From Candidatus Nanosynbacter lyticus (lineage in GTDB: Bacteria > Patescibacteriota > Saccharimonadia > Saccharimonadales > Saccharimonadaceae): a DNA stretch of 32,000 nt. This document shows positions 27,260-32,000 of the stretch, piece after piece; the stretch's first letter is position 1; the number at the start of each line of letters is the position of its first letter. Below the pieces are notes generated by a model. It was given only the letters and a program-made list of their open reading frames with translations, was not told the DNA's origin and made no database searches. The stretch covers positions 510,001-542,000 of the forward strand of contig NZ_CP007496.1 in assembly GCF_000803625.1 (NCBI RefSeq), given 5' to 3'. The translations under genes and the position numbers were made by a program.

Positions 27260-28708
27260 ATGAATAAACTTATTAAAAACTTAATCATAGCGGCGGCTAT
27301 TAGCGTTGCTATAGTTGGCGCCTACACACCAGCAACAGCAAGCGCCAACGGAGGAAGCTGGCAGAAGAATTCAACCGGATGGTGGTATAGAAATTCTGAC
27401 GGTAGCTGGCCTAGAAGTCAATGGAAGCACATAAACGGTAAATGGTACTACTTTGACGGAGGCGGATATATCATCCATAGCAAGTGGGAGTGGATAAATG
27501 GCTACTGGTACTACTTTAATACCAGCGGTCACATGATAGAAAACACCTGGAAGATGGTTGGAGACAAGTGGTACTACTTCGACACTAAAGGTCACATGCT
27601 ATCCAATCAATGGGTTGGCGACTACTACGTCGGTAAAGATGGCGATATGTTAAAGAATACCGTCACACCAGACAACTACGTAGTTGGAGGCGACGGAAAG
27701 TGGGATAAAAGGTTTTCAAGAGAATTAGCAGAGAAAGCTAAAAGCCCATTGAATAACCTATATAAGATTAATCGCTCCAAATATAGCATAGCCGGAGATC
27801 TTACCTTTGGAAAAAGAAATGAATACAATACAGCACTTCAGCTACTCGAGACAATTTACCCAGAATACAACGCTGTAGATAACGCAAAAAGGGCAATAAA
27901 AAAGATCGTAGACGACCAGAATAGCCCTAACAATCCCGCGCTATTGGTATTTCGACACTCGAAATATTCAATAACACGCAGCCTCACTTCCCATGACGTT
28001 AGCGAAAATACCCACAGTTACTATATGTTCTCAGAAGAAGAGGTTAATAAGGCTTTTGCGGCGCTAAGTAACGAAATCGACTTTACTAAATTCTTTAAAG
28101 ATCAGGCTATAAAGACTCTAAAGAATATAGAGCACGCCTACAGTATCTCATCAAAAAATAACTATGAAAAATTCCTCGCTACTAGAGGGTTTACTAAAGA
28201 GGAGATTGACAATGCATTTAAGTCTGTAAAGATAGATTTTGTAAAAAATGCTCAGCACGTAGCCAATAGAACCTTACACCTCAACAAGAAATCCATAGAT
28301 TCAAGATCGTACATCATAAAATATTTAACAGACAAGACTTACAATTATCAATTTACTAAAGAAGAGGCAGAAGAAGGAGTTAATCGCCTGAACTATGACT
28401 TTAAAATCAATCTGCGCAACCTTATTGAAATTAATTTCATAACCAATAACGATATCTCCTCAAGAGAATCCATAGTAGACCATGTAGTAAGGTACAATCT
28501 GTTCGAAGAGTCTGAGACCCGAGAAGTATTAAAAGAATACAATATCAATTACACTGAGCGAGCACGACTACGAGCTATAGATATCCTGAAAAACGCAAAA
28601 TATAGCAGAAGTAATTTGGAAAAAACTCTTATCGACCAGTGGAAGTTCACCAAGGAAGAAGCCACCAACGCCGTTAAGGATTTAAAGCACGAAAACCTAA
28701 CCGATTAA
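27260..28708 (+). CDS. Secreted protein with choline-binding/CW-binding-type repeats and Ltp (host cell surface-exposed lipoprotein)-like helical repeats
   Basis: Signal peptide MNKLIKNLIIAAAISVAIVGAYTPATASA. Repeats GWWYRNSDGSWPRSQWKHINGKWYYFD, WEWINGYWYYFNTSGHMIENTW and KMVGDKWYYFDTKGHMLSNQW. C-terminal repeated helical modules with (F)TKEEaxxaV signatures. Confidence 0.85.
   Translation: MNKLIKNLIIAAAISVAIVGAYTPATASANGGSWQKNSTGWWYRNSDGSWPRSQWKHINGKWYYFDGGGYIIHSKWEWINGYWYYFNTSGHMIENTWKMVGDKWYYFDTKGHMLSNQWVGDYYVGKDGDMLKNTVTPDNYVVGGDGKWDKRFSRELAEKAKSPLNNLYKINRSKYSIAGDLTFGKRNEYNTALQLLETIYPEYNAVDNAKRAIKKIVDDQNSPNNPALLVFRHSKYSITRSLTSHDVSENTHSYYMFSEEEVNKAFAALSNEIDFTKFFKDQAIKTLKNIEHAYSISSKNNYEKFLATRGFTKEEIDNAFKSVKIDFVKNAQHVANRTLHLNKKSIDSRSYIIKYLTDKTYNYQFTKEEAEEGVNRLNYDFKINLRNLIEINFITNNDISSRESIVDHVVRYNLFEESETREVLKEYNINYTERARLRAIDILKNAKYSRSNLEKTLIDQWKFTKEEATNAVKDLKHENLTD
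27350..27661 (+). repeat. Tandem cell-wall-binding repeat region, about 20-aa units with about 4-5 copies
   Basis: Recurring W(K/E)xxxGxWYYFxxxGxM pattern in the translation. Confidence 0.75.
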
Positions 28709-28723
28709 TTAACCTTTAATCAC

Positions 28724-28759
28724 AAAAGCAACTCAGCCTTAAAATACTGAGTTGCTTTT
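28724..28759. terminator. Bidirectional intrinsic terminator between convergent genes
   Basis: AAAAGCAACTCAG-ccttaaaata-CTGAGTTGCTTTT: perfect 13-bp stem with an A-tract on the left and a T-tract on the right. Confidence 0.92.
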
Positions 28760-28781
28760 TATTACAAACAACTGTCGACGG

Positions 28782-29522
28782 TCAATATCGCATACACGCA
28801 ACGACAACAAACCTACCGCCAATATCGCCCGATGAGTGCGAAAAATAATTTGGATTGTCCGCCGTATCAATTGGCGAAATGAAAATGTTATCATCAGGAA
28901 CGCCCGCCCGGATAGCCAGCGAACGATTGAATCCTTGCATGTCCAGATAAATTCCGTCAGCCGTTTGATGGCAGAAATTTTGCCAATTGATGTCGTCTGC
29001 GTAATTAAAATAATCCATACAATAATTTTTCTGTGTGATGCTTGGCGACATCCAAATTTGTAAATCTTTTGCCCGGCTACCGCGCTCGACAAAATGCTGA
29101 ACTGCCCGAGACATTAACTGCACAACCGTCGAATGCCGACCTAAATGCGCCAGCATAAGTGCCCGGCGTTTTGGATCATATATAACGGTGGCGATACAGT
29201 CCGCCACTGGCAGGAACAATCCCACACCAGCCATTTCGGTATATAGTGCGTCAGCAAAAATACCTTCGTTGTTATGTCGGGTCGTGTCAGCTTCAGTAAC
29301 TTCGGCAATAGTATCAAACGTTTGTCCTTGGTCGTATGAAATCACGTGATAAACAACGTCGTCATACTTAACACCAGTTTGATCGCAAAACCGCCGCCGA
29401 TTCTCCAATACCTCAGCTACGTGGCGACCGCGAATACGATTGAGCATAGTGCCGTCGTCTTTCGACGAAACCGCAACTAGCAGATCGGACGGAAAGCAGA
29501 CGGGCTGATCTGCCGCAATCAT
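28782..29522 (-). CDS. Divergent laccase-domain (YfiH/PgeF-like) protein
   Basis: VADCIATVIYDPKRRALMLAHLGRHSTVVQLMSRAVQHF resembles the ADC/HAGWRG core, and ISPIDTADNPNYFSHSSGDIGGRFVVVACM resembles the C-terminus. Start set at ATG 29522 (ATGA overlap with the rsmA stop). Confidence 0.78.
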   Translation of the reverse strand: MIAADQPVCFPSDLLVAVSSKDDGTMLNRIRGRHVAEVLENRRRFCDQTGVKYDDVVYHVISYDQGQTFDTIAEVTEADTTRHNNEGIFADALYTEMAGVGLFLPVADCIATVIYDPKRRALMLAHLGRHSTVVQLMSRAVQHFVERGSRAKDLQIWMSPSITQKNYCMDYFNYADDINWQNFCHQTADGIYLDMQGFNRSLAIRAGVPDDNIFISPIDTADNPNYFSHSSGDIGGRFVVVACMRY

Positions 29523-30298
29523 CGCGCCCGCCATTCACTCAGTAGTCGCTGCCAATCGTTAATCGCCAAATCCTCAGCACGGACATCAGGCGAAATGTTA
29601 GCCTTTTTCAGCAACTGTTCGGCGCTATCTTTACTAACACCCAGTCCACCGCTCAAACTGGAGCGCAGTTTCTTACGCTTAGTAGAAAAACCAGCTTTGA
29701 CAATGCGGAAAAAGTCTTTTTGGTCTTCAGCGGCAACGAGCGGTTCATCACGAGTCCTCAATACCACTACTTGCGAATCAACTTTTGGCGGTGGCGTGAA
29801 AAATTGCCGCGGCACCTCAATATCGAGTTCTGCCTCGGCAAACAGCTGCGCGCTAACCGCTAAAATACTCATCTCACCAGGCTCCGCCGCGATACGCTGG
29901 GCGACTTCTTTTTGCACCAACAGCACCGCCAAGCTCGGTTTATTTTCCGCCGTCATCAACTTTTCAACAATTTTACTGGTGATGTAGTATGGCACGTTGG
30001 CGACTACTTTATAGTCCTTCGGCAGTTGATTCAGATCAAACTGTAAAATATCTTCATTGATCACTTCCAGGTTTTTGCCGGGAAATTGTCCTGGCAACTT
30101 GCGCGCCAAATCCGCGTCAAATTCTACCGCCACCACGCGCCCAGCTCGTGACAACAACCGACTAGTCAACGTGCCAAGTCCTGGCCCAATTTCCAAAACC
30201 ACATCATCGTTACTCAGTTCCGCTGCCTCGGCAATTTCCGCCAATATTTCTGGGTCGCGCAACCAATGCTGCCCCAACTCTTTCTTTGGACCCGCCAT
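29519..30298 (-). CDS. rsmA: 16S rRNA dimethyladenosine transferase
   Basis: LGQHWLRD, VVLEIGPGLGTLTSRLL, VVANVPYYITSKIVEKL, and SVLLVQKEVAQR. Confidence 0.96.
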   Translation of the reverse strand: MAGPKKELGQHWLRDPEILAEIAEAAELSNDDVVLEIGPGLGTLTSRLLSRAGRVVAVEFDADLARKLPGQFPGKNLEVINEDILQFDLNQLPKDYKVVANVPYYITSKIVEKLMTAENKPSLAVLLVQKEVAQRIAAEPGEMSILAVSAQLFAEAELDIEVPRQFFTPPPKVDSQVVVLRTRDEPLVAAEDQKDFFRIVKAGFSTKRKKLRSSLSGGLGVSKDSAEQLLKKANISPDVRAEDLAINDWQRLLSEWRAR

Positions 30299-31315
30299 CT
30301 AGCGACCATCTCCATTCGTCCAGTCAGTCGCCAAATCAAAACCATGCGGATGACGCACGGCAAAGCCGCCGGTATCATACACCTTGCCAGGACCCATACT
30401 GGTTTCCACCACCGAACAGCGCGGATAATTACCATAATTTGCCGCCACTAAAATATAGCCGTCCTTGTCTACTTTAGCGCCGTCTGCTCGCACCGTGTAG
30501 CCACCGCCGCCGCAAGCATTAATCACCACATTCATCGGCAAATCGTAATAAGTCTCACGATGGGCCACGCCTTTAGAATCGGTAAATATCTGCGCGCCCT
30601 TGCTTTTAGTCAGTGGGTTTTTAGGCTTGGTGCCAATTATTTCAACTTGCTTTTTTGGCTGCCGCATAATCTCACTAGACATTTCCCTACGTCCTACCTC
30701 ACGCTCACCATCAACTTCAACTTGATACGTTATCTTTCGCACACCCTTCTCACCCAACTGCCTCACACTCTTAAAGCCAATTGGTTGAGAATCGTCCTTT
30801 ATCTGTTCAATCTGAAAATCAATATCAGCTTCTTCCGTCACCGTTCGCTGTTTAGCTCGCTCAATCTTCATCACCAACCCCGCACCATTCACCAAAAGAT
30901 TTTCAGAATTTGTAAACTGCGTCTTATCTTCACGATAAAGCGTCATTCCTGCAGCCTTAGCAATCAAAGCTGGTGTTTGTTCGGCAGTGGTAATTTTTAA
31001 GCGTTTATTACCGTCAACGATTGTTATTGGGCGGGCGCGGAAGATGTTAACCTGGTATTTTGAACCTGTGAGCTCCATATCAATATTTGGTTCAACGGTG
31101 TCCATTTTCTCATCAATAGAAATCTTAGCGGCCTGCAGAGCCTGACGCACCGTTAAAGCATTTGTCACAATTGTTTTTTCTTCGCCACGATCATATACAC
31201 GAACCAAATGTCTACTAGGACTTTTTCCTTCGGCAAACGACAACATTGGCATTGCAAGCATAATCAACATAGCAAAGCCAATAATTTTTCCAAAAAATAA
31301 ACCTTTTGCTCGCAT
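30299..31315 (-). CDS. Secreted protein with DUF348-like, G5 and C-terminal 3D domains
   Basis: Signal peptide, G5-like RTVTEEADIDFQIEQIKDD..GEKGVRKITYQVEVDGEREVGRREMSSEI, and 3D-type C-terminus VETSMGPGKVYDTGGFAVRHPHGFDLATDW. Start at ATG 31315. Confidence 0.88.
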   Translation of the reverse strand: MRAKGLFFGKIIGFAMLIMLAMPMLSFAEGKSPSRHLVRVYDRGEEKTIVTNALTVRQALQAAKISIDEKMDTVEPNIDMELTGSKYQVNIFRARPITIVDGNKRLKITTAEQTPALIAKAAGMTLYREDKTQFTNSENLLVNGAGLVMKIERAKQRTVTEEADIDFQIEQIKDDSQPIGFKSVRQLGEKGVRKITYQVEVDGEREVGRREMSSEIMRQPKKQVEIIGTKPKNPLTKSKGAQIFTDSKGVAHRETYYDLPMNVVINACGGGGYTVRADGAKVDKDGYILVAANYGNYPRCSVVETSMGPGKVYDTGGFAVRHPHGFDLATDWTNGDGR

Positions 31316-31371
31316 AATCAATCAGCATCTCACAGAGTGCATTAAGGGGATTATACCAAATTACGAGATTA

Positions 31372-32000
31372 TTATCTATAGATGTCCTGCAAACCCATCT
31401 TTATCTTGCAAGTAGGCCACGGGCTCCAACCACGCCTTTGGTATAATTTCCAAGCGGCTTCATCTTGTTCAGCCGGCGTGGCATTACCGTACTTGCTCGG
31501 GTCGGCAACCGACGCCCACGTGCCTCTATTAAACTGATAAGCACCGTAATAGCCATTTCCAGTATTTGAAGTATAACTGCCCTCACAACTCCTTAGTCGA
31601 GATAACGCTTCAGAAAAACTGCCAGAAAATGTGTTCGAGCTTTTGGCGCCTACGATCTCAATCTGTTTTTTAGACTCCTTCGTTATAACGCTAGCGATCT
31701 CCTTACGGCTGACCTCTACTCCATTTTTCATCTCAATTTCATAAGTGACATTTTTCTTGCCATTTTCACCAGCCTGTTTTACTTCCCGATAGCCCAAATC
31801 TCGGTTAGCATCCTGAACTTTTTCAGTCTGGAATTTCACATCTTCCTCCACGGTCACGGTTTGCTTACCATTGCGCCACAATTCAATTTTCATTCCGGGC
31901 ACGATTCTTGCCGACTGATCAACAGATAGCGTATCATCTTTCTGTAAGGTAATATTTTTATCATTCAATAACTCATCGACTGTTTTTGCGTGAGTACGAA
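31372..32000 (-). CDS. Partial G5-domain protein with C-terminal Rpf/transglycosylase-like domain, truncated by the window edge
   Basis: The frame stays open to 32000 (upstream in-frame RTHAKTVDELLNDKNIT, DUF348-like). G5 region QTVTVEEDVKFQTEKVQDANRDLGYREVKQAGENGKKNVTYEIEMKNGVEVSR. Rpf-like LRSCEGSYTSNTGNGYYGAYQFNRGTWASV..GWSPWPTCK. Confidence 0.88.
   Translation of the reverse strand, partial: RTHAKTVDELLNDKNITLQKDDTLSVDQSARIVPGMKIELWRNGKQTVTVEEDVKFQTEKVQDANRDLGYREVKQAGENGKKNVTYEIEMKNGVEVSRKEIASVITKESKKQIEIVGAKSSNTFSGSFSEALSRLRSCEGSYTSNTGNGYYGAYQFNRGTWASVADPSKYGNATPAEQDEAAWKLYQRRGWSPWPTCKIKMGLQDIYR

Noticed and set aside
28739-29092. 117-aa minus-strand ORF overlapping the laccase-domain gene
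   Set aside because: Alternative frame of the same strand; the laccase-domain frame has the family motifs.

Overview
The window looks like one contiguous piece of chromosome from a Patescibacteria/CPR organism, most likely Candidatus Saccharibacteria (TM7). That placement is inferred from the gene complement and compact architecture, not from a database search. Most genes are on the minus strand. They include a Nudix/cupin/thioredoxin/Fur-family cluster, an ABC exporter, DedA, UvrA, exonuclease I, ObgE, MltG, RuvX, an FtsA/PilM-like ATPase, AlaRS, bS16, MnmA, YdcF-like, cysteine desulfurase, TatD, MetRS, a laccase-domain protein, RsmA and several cell-surface or peptidoglycan proteins. I found no CRISPR array, tRNA, rRNA or mobile element. 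The two strongest observations are these. (1) At about eleven genes a near-consensus -10 box lies 6-9 nt upstream of the start codon with no room for a Shine-Dalgarno, which implies widespread leaderless transcription next to a second class of AGGAGG-led genes. (2) There is a set of predicted surface proteins: a secreted protein with choline-binding-like wall repeats plus Ltp-like helical repeats, a BNR-repeat protein ending in LANTG, a LysM-CHAP hydrolase, and adjacent G5-3D and G5-Rpf-like muralytic proteins. These are good candidates for epibiont-host contact or wall remodelling. A perfect 21-bp palindrome overlaps the putative promoter of the Fur-family gene.
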